Source: Candidatus Heimdallarchaeota archaeon (lineage in GTDB: Archaea; Asgardarchaeota; Heimdallarchaeia; Hodarchaeales; Hodarchaeaceae). Taken from it: 64,000 nucleotides of DNA. The stretch covers positions 528,939 to 592,938 of the forward strand of contig RDOB01000003.1 in assembly GCA_011364965.1 (NCBI GenBank). The letters are read 5' to 3'. Positions 55,244 through 64,000 of this stretch are shown piece after piece. Under the pieces are notes generated by a model. It had not been told where the DNA came from. It did no database searches and saw only the letters and a program-made list of their open reading frames with translations. The position numbers and the translations under genes were made by a program. The stretch's first letter is position 1; the number at the start of each line of letters is the position of its first letter.

Positions 55244-55651
55244 ATCTCAACAAAAAAAGGAAAACTGGCATTCTTACGCGCACAGAGATGGTTGCAAGGG
55301 GCTGAAAGAGCGTTAGAAGACAAACGATGGGATGATGTAATATATAGTTCGCAAATGGCGGTTGAGCATGCCATAAAAGCAATTCTACTGGAGCAGGGGT
55401 TGATTTTCAAACGCGTTCATGATGTGAGTGACGAGTTCTTATCGTTAAAAACGCAAAAATCACTTCCTAAGGAAATTGTATTACATATTGATGAACTGTC
55501 TGATGTATTAATCTATCTTACCGATCAACGAGCATTTGCAGGATATGGATTTGAAGAAGAAGTCGAGGTGTCTTTTTTCAAAGAGTTAGCCCCAAAAGCT
55601 CTTGAAAAGGCCAAATGGGCTGTAACTATCATCGATCCTTTGTTTATCTAG
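55244..55651 (+). CDS. HEPN-domain toxin (probable ATC start at 55244; track start 55292)
   Basis: SQMAVEHAIKA, HDV and RAFAGY; lies next to the MNT gene. Confidence 0.85.
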   Translation: MSTKKGKLAFLRAQRWLQGAERALEDKRWDDVIYSSQMAVEHAIKAILLEQGLIFKRVHDVSDEFLSLKTQKSLPKEIVLHIDELSDVLIYLTDQRAFAGYGFEEEVEVSFFKELAPKALEKAKWAVTIIDPLFI

Positions 55652-55955
55652 GGAATTTGGCTATGCTTATAATAGAGTGCTTTCCAAACGTTGTTCCGAT
55701 TATTAAGCCATAAAGAATTGAGAATATTACCGTACTCTTGCGAGAATCGGCAAAATAAAACTCAAAACTACACTAATTATAGACAGCTAAGAAGAACGAA
55801 TTTCATGTGACTCATTTTGCCATATTTTATGATCCTACCTTTCACAATATAAAGGAGTAATGAAGTTTGGCAATTGTCACTATCATTTGATAAATAAGAG
55901 GATTAAAGCATTATAAACTGACAATTTGTAAAAGTTCGTCTGAACCTAGATGAAA

Positions 55956-56366
55956 TCATTCAATAACTGAAAGAAGACCTTGAAAATGCCTATCAAAGGT
56001 AGCAATATAGACATTGCTCTCGAAAAGTTTCGCCATGACTAAAATCGAACAATCAGTAAATGAGAGTCCATTTTCAAAGTATCTGAGAAATAATTCCCAA
56101 GTAGCGAGAAATTCTGGTTCGCTAAGATGAAGGAGTTTAATTCTAGGTGAATTCAAAATATAATTCCCAATGTCTTCTACGAGATTCTTATTGTGAGTTC
56201 TTACCAATGTCAATGTAACTGTTTCATCAAATACGAAATTTGAAACAATAATGGAACCAAATCTCCCAGATAAACATTCTTTCATAAGGGCTGTCGCTTT
56301 AGAATGATTAATATCATCAGAATTACGTATAGCTAGAATGAAACCAGTATCTAAAAATACAACCAC
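55956..56366 (-). CDS. vapC: PIN-domain toxin
   Basis: FLDTG, DE, LSFTDC, TFD. Confidence 0.9.
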   Translation of the reverse strand: MVVFLDTGFILAIRNSDDINHSKATALMKECLSGRFGSIIVSNFVFDETVTLTLVRTHNKNLVEDIGNYILNSPRIKLLHLSEPEFLATWELFLRYFENGLSFTDCSILVMAKLFESNVYIATFDRHFQGLLSVIE

Positions 56367-56375
56367 AATAACACC

Positions 56376-56645
56376 TCATTGGTAAAGATGTTGATCAACA
56401 GTAGTTGATGTGTCTTCAATTCCCCACTTCATTGGTTTGGATAATAATTTCCAAGCAATATCATCTTCTAATTCTAGGAGAGGAGAACCAACTTCATCTT
56501 CAAATTTTTTAGCTTCTTGCCGGATTAAGTTACCTAAAATCTCCTTTTTAGTCAGTTTGATTCCCATTAAAATATAACGTGCTCTTAATCTTTCTAAAAG
56601 TTCTTCATCATCTTTTCCTAAACGAACAGTTGTCAATATTCCCAC
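56376..56645 (-). CDS. Putative antitoxin (VapB-like)
   Basis: N-terminal TTVRL strand-helix pattern, C-terminal DTSTTVDQHLY; 9 nt upstream of the PIN gene. Confidence 0.75.
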   Translation of the reverse strand: MGILTTVRLGKDDEELLERLRARYILMGIKLTKKEILGNLIRQEAKKFEDEVGSPLLELEDDIAWKLLSKPMKWGIEDTSTTVDQHLYQ

Positions 56646-56710
56646 TTAGCTCGCAAATCTACGTGAATTCATTAATAATAGCTATTTATGCCGTTCTTCT
56701 GTGATATACT

Positions 56711-56732
56711 ACAAGTATATAAATATACTTGT
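56711..56732. promoter_or_regulatory. Probable toxin-antitoxin autoregulatory operator
   Basis: Perfect palindrome ACAAGTATAT-aa-ATATACTTGT about 65 nt upstream of the antitoxin. Confidence 0.65.
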
Positions 56733-56790
56733 CTACAAAAAATAAAATAACTAGAAAAAAAATATAGGTAATAAATACTATTTAGTATAT

Positions 56791-57110
56791 ACGATTTTTA
56801 GTGTTATTGGCTTGGATCACGCTGGAAAAACTTCGATTCTACATGACTTAAAGACTGGACGTTAGACCTCTCAAACAACTCCCATTATTGGAATGAACTC
56901 TGAAACAATTACTATTGGTAAGGCCTGGTTTAGAGCTTGGGATCTGGGAGGCAACTACAATTTCGGAGAGCACTCTGGAAACCTTACACCAAAAATTCAG
57001 TAAGCTTGATCTTTGTAATCGATGTGAGTGAACCCAAACGCTATCCAGAAGGTCGAACTTATCGACAGAAGATATTATCCTTCACACATCTTGAAACCTT
57101 TCCATTAGGA
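56791..57110 (+). pseudogene. Arf/Arl-like small GTPase pseudogene
   Basis: GLDHAGKTS, TAG at 56863, TPIIG, WDLG/Q frameshift near 56950, FRRALWKPY, LIFVID; truncated before G4. Confidence 0.85.
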
Positions 57111-57285
57111 AAAATAAAGGGTAATAACTATTGTAGGAGAAAAAGTTGGAGAAAATTGAATATGCAAGACAAATGGTTTAATAATGAAAAGGTATCTAAA
57201 CTCTCCTGAAAATTCATTTTCTTAAACATAAATGGAATACCTAAAATATGGATAAGATCATAATAGAATTAATTCTAGAGACATA

Positions 57286-58374
57286 ATGAAGGGAAAAGCA
57301 GTGCAAAATGATGTTCTCTTCTCAATTTTTGACCCACAAAAAGGACCTATCATACTCTATTCTACGATAAGCTCCCAAGAAATAGCTAAAAAAATAGTTA
57401 TGAAATCTTACGTGGCTATTGGAGCTATGGAAGGGAAAATTGATCTCGAATCAAAATATGCATTACTACCCCTTCCTAGCTTCGATAAAATTGCCTTTTA
57501 CTATATGTTCAAAATCCAGAGTCAAGATGATAGGTCACAAAAATTGTACGCTACTATCACCTTTGCACAAAATAGCTCTGCAACAATGAGTTTCTATAGA
57601 TCACTACCTGAAATACAGAAAAAGGTGTTAGATTCAGTAACTCATCTCCAGGATTGCTTTATATATACAAAAGATGCAATAACATTAGATAATAAAGCTA
57701 AAAATATCTTGGAATCTCTCTTAACGATGGAAGCACCAGGTACGGGAACTTTTACTCATTCCATCCCCGCTGAAACAATTATATTCGATGATCCAAACTC
57801 GGGAAGCTTAAATTTTCTATTAGAATACTTCCAAGATGGATTAGAAAAGGTTATTTTCTCTCTTCTAATGGAAGAGCCAATTCTCATTCTTGGAACCGTA
57901 AGGGACATTGTAGATAAAGTAGTGAAATCCATGGAACTACTAGTACCTCACAGAGTCCTAAAAAAAGAATATTTATTATCGTTCGTTGATCCGAAAAATA
58001 AAGATCTCCTGATCTGTTCTCCGCAAGTGAATTTTTTAAAGAATTACAAAAACATTACGATAGTAGATGTACAATCAAGTAAAATTACTAAAAAATCTAG
58101 AGACTTACCTTCTATAGGAAATCTAATTCAAACTCTTAAAATAGCTCCCATTGAAACCCAAAAAACTGTGATTCATAACTATATTGACAATCTACTCGCA
58201 AAAACAGCACAACTTTTAGAGCTTTGCGAGAAAGAACAGATCAGTCAAGAAGAAATTCAAGCTTATCGAAGTGAATTGCAGGGGGATGAATTGTATGTTG
58301 TTATTTCAATGGTCAAAAGATATGCCCCGCAGTTTGAGATCAAATTATTTCATTTCGCACGATCACTTTTCTAG
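57286..58374 (+). CDS. DENN-like protein (uDENN/longin plus cDENN-like core)
   Basis: FSIFDPQKGP at the N-terminus; EKVIFSLLMEEPILILG; helical C-terminus. Confidence 0.65.
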   Translation: MKGKAVQNDVLFSIFDPQKGPIILYSTISSQEIAKKIVMKSYVAIGAMEGKIDLESKYALLPLPSFDKIAFYYMFKIQSQDDRSQKLYATITFAQNSSATMSFYRSLPEIQKKVLDSVTHLQDCFIYTKDAITLDNKAKNILESLLTMEAPGTGTFTHSIPAETIIFDDPNSGSLNFLLEYFQDGLEKVIFSLLMEEPILILGTVRDIVDKVVKSMELLVPHRVLKKEYLLSFVDPKNKDLLICSPQVNFLKNYKNITIVDVQSSKITKKSRDLPSIGNLIQTLKIAPIETQKTVIHNYIDNLLAKTAQLLELCEKEQISQEEIQAYRSELQGDELYVVISMVKRYAPQFEIKLFHFARSLF

Positions 58375-58479
58375 TGGTCATTGAAATTTGTACCGTTATT
58401 TGAATTAATAATTCCCTTTCTAAAGATAAAGAATAATCAGATTTTCTCCTGTTCTATTTAATTCAGCATAAAAAGGCAC

Positions 58480-60165
58480 TTAAAAATATTTATGTCCATT
58501 AATTTTCTTAATACTGATGAAAAGCATGATGCAAATCAACGCTAAATATAAAATAATAACAAAAATATCCTCTAAAATAATTGTTTGTTCGTAGAGTATT
58601 CTTATTCGGTCAATCCAGTAAAATGGGGTCAATGTAGAAAGAAATTGAATTTGATCAATTGTATATGCTATCATAAAAACCAAAAGAATTCCAAAATACG
58701 TCATTCCTGAAACTGCAACTGCTTTTCCAGGATTTTTTATGAAAGTGCAAAGCAGAACATTAAAATAGGTCATTGTAATAACAATCAAAAATGTAAGGAA
58801 TATTCCAACTCCTATAATTGGAATATAATCAATACCATACCCAGATGCAATGATACCGATGATATAACCAAGATAATTTAATAGGAATATCATAAATATT
58901 TCTAAAGTTATTGCAGCCAACCTTTGTTTCAAGATTTCCGAGTTTGGAATTGATTGTGCAAATAGTAAATCTAAAGTATTTGATTTTTGATCTCTAATAA
59001 TTATTTTTGAACCCAAAAATGCTGCCACTATTCCGGAATAAAGGAAAAACTCTCCGAATCCTTCAGTAGCAATATATCCAATGAATGAGATTGCTACACC
59101 ATGATTACGTAAAATTGCACTCATCAAGACATCCATTGAACCGTAAGTTTTTGAAAGACCAATCCATGCTATGTCACCTGGATACATAAAAGGTGTAACA
59201 AGACCTGAAACTGTTAGTAATAAAGCAAATATGTAAATAAAGGGTTTATCAGATTGAATTTGTTCAACAAAACTTGGAAATCGATGTTGAAATCTACCAA
59301 TAAAAAAGAAAAGCAAAGGAATTCCTTTTTCTTTAGCCTTTTTTTCTTCAAATTTATGTGAATAGTGAGGAATAAGGTCTTTCCTATCATTAATTACTAA
59401 TATTATTCCAAATAGTAAGATAGAGAAAATAATAAGGTAAACAGCCTTATCCCAAACAACTTGTTCAATGGAAGGTTTGAGAATGGTTGCAGCACTGTCA
59501 TAATAGTAAAATACCTGAAAATATTTTAAAAATTCTAGCTCTTCTGAAAATAAAACAAGAAGGCTAATTATGAATGACCCGACAATTATTATACCAACGT
59601 ACCGTTTAGCACGACCAGAATCTAGGAATAAAACAGCAAAAAAGATACTGAGTAGACTTATAAAGACAAGAAGGGTAAATAATTGAATACATGATGCAAA
59701 TAATATCTCAACGGAAATATTTTGTCCAATTACAAGTGATGAAAGATAAATAACAATAAACAAATAAAATATTGATCCAAAAGAGATTGCTAAAACAGCT
59801 AATATTTTTTCAAGTAAAACCTTTCTCCTAGCAATTGGATTTGACATCAACAAATCCAGGGTATTGTCATCATTATCCTTGGAAAAAACATTTGTACCCA
59901 TAAGGACAGGTAATGCTGTGTAAAAAATCCCAACATAACTAAATAGTAACAAAGCTAGCCAGAATCGATATTCCCCTCCCTCTCCGTACGCTATTCCATA
60001 TATGGCCTCCCAGTCACCCATATCCTCTAGACCAGTGATTTGTTCAACAGCTGCTGCATCTCCAGGATAAACCATAATAATTAATGTTATAAATATAGAG
60101 GAGAAGAGTAAAAAGGCAAATATTAAACCTTTTTCTTGTTTTATATTATCCAGAAAAACTTTCAT
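58480..60165 (-). CDS. ABC-2 type permease, internally duplicated
   Basis: Two halves, each with an NTLDLL...P motif and about 6 TM helices. Confidence 0.88.
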   Translation of the reverse strand: MKVFLDNIKQEKGLIFAFLLFSSIFITLIIMVYPGDAAAVEQITGLEDMGDWEAIYGIAYGEGGEYRFWLALLLFSYVGIFYTALPVLMGTNVFSKDNDDNTLDLLMSNPIARRKVLLEKILAVLAISFGSIFYLFIVIYLSSLVIGQNISVEILFASCIQLFTLLVFISLLSIFFAVLFLDSGRAKRYVGIIIVGSFIISLLVLFSEELEFLKYFQVFYYYDSAATILKPSIEQVVWDKAVYLIIFSILLFGIILVINDRKDLIPHYSHKFEEKKAKEKGIPLLFFFIGRFQHRFPSFVEQIQSDKPFIYIFALLLTVSGLVTPFMYPGDIAWIGLSKTYGSMDVLMSAILRNHGVAISFIGYIATEGFGEFFLYSGIVAAFLGSKIIIRDQKSNTLDLLFAQSIPNSEILKQRLAAITLEIFMIFLLNYLGYIIGIIASGYGIDYIPIIGVGIFLTFLIVITMTYFNVLLCTFIKNPGKAVAVSGMTYFGILLVFMIAYTIDQIQFLSTLTPFYWIDRIRILYEQTIILEDIFVIILYLALICIMLFISIKKINGHKYF

Positions 60166-61083
60166 TTAATTCACCCCAGAATTTCTCTTAAGATCATAAA
60201 AATGCATAAAATAGTCTTCGAGAGACGGTTCAGGTGCATAAAATTTTTCTATTGGATACTTTGAAATTTTGTCAAGAAAACTGTTAAAATCTCCCTTTAT
60301 TATCAGAATTAATTCATTTTTTTCGTGTGATAATACTGTTATATCAGAATCTTGAAGTAAAGAAGGATCAACATCTGATTTAAAATCAATATGAACCTTC
60401 TGGACTACCTGTTGATCAAGTTTTGCTACATCCATAGTTGAAATGATTTCACCATCACGAATTATTGACACTATATTAGCAATTTTTTGGATTTCTCCAA
60501 GATAATGGCTAGAGATAAAGAAAGTTTTTCCTTTTTTTACTTCTTCAGCTATTAAATCATATAAAACCTGTTGCATTAGAGGATCCAATCCACTTGAAGG
60601 TTCATCAAAAATATAAAACTCAGGATCGTGCATAAACGCTTGTACTATGGCAACTTTTTGCCTATTACCCCTACTTAACATTTTAGTGTTTTTAGTAACA
60701 TCCAAATCAAATAATTCTATCATTTCTTCCATTCGCGATGAGGGTTGAGTTGGTCTTAGAGAAGCAAAATAATCAAGCATTTGTTTGACAGTCAAATGGC
60801 CATATAAAGCTACATCACCAGGAATATAACCAATTTTTTCATGAATCTGAACATTCGATCGATTAACAGGAATTCCAAATAGTTTCACCTCCCCACTGGA
60901 TGGTTTGAGAATGCTAAGTATTATTCTAATAGTTGTAGTTTTTCCAGCGCCATTAGGCCCAAGAAAGCCATAAACTGTTCCTGTTTTAACAGCAATATTT
61001 ACATTCTGTACAGCAAGGAATTTTCCATAATATTTAGTGAGATTTTTGATTTCAAGCACCATTTGTTCAGTCATTTGAACCAA
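60166..61083 (-). CDS. ABC transporter ATP-binding protein
   Basis: GPNGAGKT, LSRGN, DEP, SSH. Confidence 0.95.
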   Translation of the reverse strand: MVQMTEQMVLEIKNLTKYYGKFLAVQNVNIAVKTGTVYGFLGPNGAGKTTTIRIILSILKPSSGEVKLFGIPVNRSNVQIHEKIGYIPGDVALYGHLTVKQMLDYFASLRPTQPSSRMEEMIELFDLDVTKNTKMLSRGNRQKVAIVQAFMHDPEFYIFDEPSSGLDPLMQQVLYDLIAEEVKKGKTFFISSHYLGEIQKIANIVSIIRDGEIISTMDVAKLDQQVVQKVHIDFKSDVDPSLLQDSDITVLSHEKNELILIIKGDFNSFLDKISKYPIEKFYAPEPSLEDYFMHFYDLKRNSGVN

Positions 61084-61514
61084 CTTCTAACCATGCATCA
61101 ATATTTAGTGTGATTATGAATCGTCAGATTAATGATTTGACAATATATAAAGCTATATATAATTCACACTTGAAAACATCTGATAGATAACTCAATTTTT
61201 TTTTATGATAATAGACATCTAATTAAAACAAGAATGATGATTATAGAGGTACTTCCAATAATAGGATCGAGGAGTGGTGTTAGTTTGGAATTACTCCTGA
61301 AGAATAATAATTCGGAAAATATCGATCAAACCATTCAAGTAGAGTTTTATATGATTCCTGCTCTTCAGGATAATGTATTAGCTGGAAATGGCTTGTTTGA
61401 AGTATATTACGGTATATACTGAATTGTAAGGGGTTAAAAGAGAATTTTTGACATTTTAAGAATAGTTCTACCATAAGTAAAGCATTAATACTTTTTTTAC
61501 TGAAATTTCTCTTC

Positions 61515-62162
61515 TTAAATTCCAGATTTTGCTTTCCAATACTTCTTAGCTTCAGCTATTAAAATGTCATACACCCTAACAAATACAGGAGCAAAAAGAA
61601 ATAGTGATAGGATAGTAATAGAGAAATAGGGGACAAAATTATAAAGAAGGGTACCATCAAAACTCTGGTTAGCAACTACCATCAAACTAACGAGGTATAA
61701 CATAGTCATGAGAAAATACCCAATCAGAGTAAAAAGCATCATCTTTCCAAGATTTTTTCCGTTGGCAAACCCTTCATTTTTAGCATAGCGGGGAATACCT
61801 ACAATAAATCCAAGCATTCCGAAGGATAAACCTACCATACCCATTGCGACAATTTGTTGGGTGAATAGAATTTCACTTCCTAGATGGCCAATGAAACCTA
61901 CCAATAGACCAGCTAGAGGGCCATAAAATGAAGCTACTAGAATTATAACTACGAGGCCGAGATATAAGCCTCCCGTAATCGGTATAACAGTAATACCTAA
62001 ATCCAATCCGAAAAAAGTATAAGATGGAAGAGTTACTGGAGAAACGAATATATAAATTATAGAACCTAAAATAATTCCGCTTAAGGTCCATTTAGCTTCA
62101 TTAGCTGATTCTAGTCGCAGAAAACTAAGTAAGGAGTTCCTAAAATTCGAATGTTCTACCAT
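61515..62162 (-). CDS. ECF transporter S component-like protein
   Basis: About 6 TM helices; YGPLAGLLVGFIGH. Confidence 0.8.
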   Translation of the reverse strand: MVEHSNFRNSLLSFLRLESANEAKWTLSGIILGSIIYIFVSPVTLPSYTFFGLDLGITVIPITGGLYLGLVVIILVASFYGPLAGLLVGFIGHLGSEILFTQQIVAMGMVGLSFGMLGFIVGIPRYAKNEGFANGKNLGKMMLFTLIGYFLMTMLYLVSLMVVANQSFDGTLLYNFVPYFSITILSLFLFAPVFVRVYDILIAEAKKYWKAKSGI

Positions 62163-62173
62163 TCTTATTCACC

Positions 62174-63811
62174 TCAAAGTATCACAAAAGAATACGTTCC
62201 TGGAGAGAGCGTTAAAATCATTTGACCTCCATTTTGAGCCCAATCCTCGTATACACCAGATTTTAGATAAACACCCTGAACATCAGGAAATTGATCAAAA
62301 GTTATCGCTGTTTGTTCATTAACTTCAACTGAGAGAATAAATGCTTCTTTAGTTTCATCATAATATGCCTGATATATGAATAATCCTTCTGTTGTACTCT
62401 CAGCGGAGATATACGGAAATGAGGTATAAAATGAATCACTTTTCACATCCATAAGATCTGATAATGTTGAATCAGCATGACCCCATGCCCAAGCAAATTG
62501 CAATATTGGATCCATAAACGGCCCTATCTCACCTAAAGCACTTGTGTCAAATCTATATCTGTATCCATCCCATTCTCCTGGGTATGGCCCATAAAACCAA
62601 TTTTCTAATTTTCGAAAGAGGTTAGAATCCCCCATTTCTCGAGCACCTAAATAAGAAAATAAGTTCCCAATCAAATCCATCTCAGTAAATGAACTAGGAT
62701 TATGATACGAATGTGGTGCATATGCCTGATCGTTAGGAGAATAATGGATAAAATTTGTCTTCCAGTTTCTATAATAGGTTTCTGCAATATCTGTTTTTCC
62801 AAACCCTTGATAAAAAGCAATTGCCCAAGAAGATCCATAGTTAGCCACGCCTGGTACGCCTTCAGATGCAAGAACTGGTTCTAATGCGGGGCCAGGAATT
62901 TCTCCTAAGACTTCAAATTGATGTAGTGCGGTATAGGGTTCTGAAATATAATAACCGTCAATTTGTATTCCATTGTCGTCTGTCATATATTCCTGCCACC
63001 AATCAATACCAGGTTCAATTGATTGCGCGTAATTAGAATTGTGGAGTTTATCATAGAGAGTTATAGCGTAAAAAGGAATACTATTACATTGAACAAAGAC
63101 AATATATGGTTCACACGGGATCAAACCTGTTCTCCATAATCCAAGAGGACGACCTTGATTATCAATAGAACTTTTATTATCCCAGGTTGTAGTAGCTGTA
63201 AGAGAGTTATTCCAATCATCTATAAACCATTTAATTTCATCATTGTAAGTAGATTCGCGAAAAACATTATAGTAGAGAAGCTCCATAAGCGTATAATGTC
63301 CAGTCCACATGATATTAGTCGGTCCGCGAAAATCGTTACCTAGGGATTCGTATCGCTCATCAGCAAATCCAGGTAATATCCATTCAAATTCTTCCATAGC
63401 AGAAGAATTCATCATTAAGATTAACTTTTGAAATAGGTTTTTATAATAATCTGTTCTGTAATTAGGAGTGCTATCAACAATTTGAGCCATTCCATAAGTA
63501 GTAAAAGCAATAAAATATTGCGTAAGGACATCTGGGAGGATACTCAAGTCATTGATACTATTATTTGAAAAATCATCCACCGAGTATAATTCTCGTAAAG
63601 AGTTCCATAGACCAATAACTCTCCGATCTAGATATGGGTACTCACTTAAATCGAAAGTTCCTTCATCGGGAACAATTATTATCCCAAAATTTGGAGTAGA
63701 AGGATTCGTAGGATTAAGGACAATAGTTAAACCCGAAATAATAATTCCGAGAATCAATAATGATGTAAAAAGCTTTGATCGAACAAAAAAATTTCTAATG
63801 GATGCACTCAT
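62174..63811 (-). CDS. Linalool dehydratase/isomerase-like protein, N-terminally anchored or secreted
   Basis: YFIAFTTYGMA, NIMWTGH, CEPYIVFVQCNS. Confidence 0.78.
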   Translation of the reverse strand: MSASIRNFFVRSKLFTSLLILGIIISGLTIVLNPTNPSTPNFGIIIVPDEGTFDLSEYPYLDRRVIGLWNSLRELYSVDDFSNNSINDLSILPDVLTQYFIAFTTYGMAQIVDSTPNYRTDYYKNLFQKLILMMNSSAMEEFEWILPGFADERYESLGNDFRGPTNIMWTGHYTLMELLYYNVFRESTYNDEIKWFIDDWNNSLTATTTWDNKSSIDNQGRPLGLWRTGLIPCEPYIVFVQCNSIPFYAITLYDKLHNSNYAQSIEPGIDWWQEYMTDDNGIQIDGYYISEPYTALHQFEVLGEIPGPALEPVLASEGVPGVANYGSSWAIAFYQGFGKTDIAETYYRNWKTNFIHYSPNDQAYAPHSYHNPSSFTEMDLIGNLFSYLGAREMGDSNLFRKLENWFYGPYPGEWDGYRYRFDTSALGEIGPFMDPILQFAWAWGHADSTLSDLMDVKSDSFYTSFPYISAESTTEGLFIYQAYYDETKEAFILSVEVNEQTAITFDQFPDVQGVYLKSGVYEDWAQNGGQMILTLSPGTYSFVIL

Positions 63812-64000
63812 ACTTAGGATTCACCTTTCAGATAAAACTTCTAATATAACGATTTGGCAAATTTAAATTCAGTTTCAGATTTTAGGCAAACTTGGGCTTT
63901 TTTGTGTCTATTTATCAATTTTTCTAGACTAATGACTCCTACCCCTGGATGGACAGTAAGGTGGAAAGGAGTAATTATATAAACCACGAATTTATAAAAA

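Noticed and set aside
54505-56645. Adjacent MNT-HEPN and VapBC pairs as a novel defence system
   Set aside because: Both are common archaeal toxin-antitoxin modules that often cluster
1-63811. CrtC-like, HMG-CoA reductase and LinD-like genes as one terpene cluster
   Set aside because: They are separated by tens of kb of unrelated genes

Overview
Low-GC archaeal DNA, most likely from an Asgard archaeon (Heimdallarchaeia, Hodarchaeales-like). This is inferred from Rab-, Rag- and Arf-type GTPases, longin/DENN-like proteins, GGTGA/GGAGG ribosome-binding sites, oligo-T terminators, and surface proteins with a C-terminal TM helix plus basic tail. It is an accessory, high-turnover region containing hydrolases, transporters, lipid/isoprenoid enzymes, two toxin-antitoxin pairs, many broken genes and intergenic gene remnants. 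No rRNA, tRNA, CRISPR array, integrase or transposase was recognised. The standout is a four-gene minus-strand operon (38885-43411) that mixes bacterial-type two-component signalling with eukaryote-type GTPase machinery. In order it encodes a receiver domain fused to a longin/uDENN-like domain with a folliculin/SMCR8-like DxxxRGxxR (arginine-finger) motif, a longin-Rag-like GTPase-V4R-like protein, a PAS histidine kinase and a Rab-like GTPase. The operon lies in a 7.6 kb block flanked by a 59 bp direct repeat whose three mismatches are all synonymous. All family assignments come from motif recognition by eye, not from database searches.
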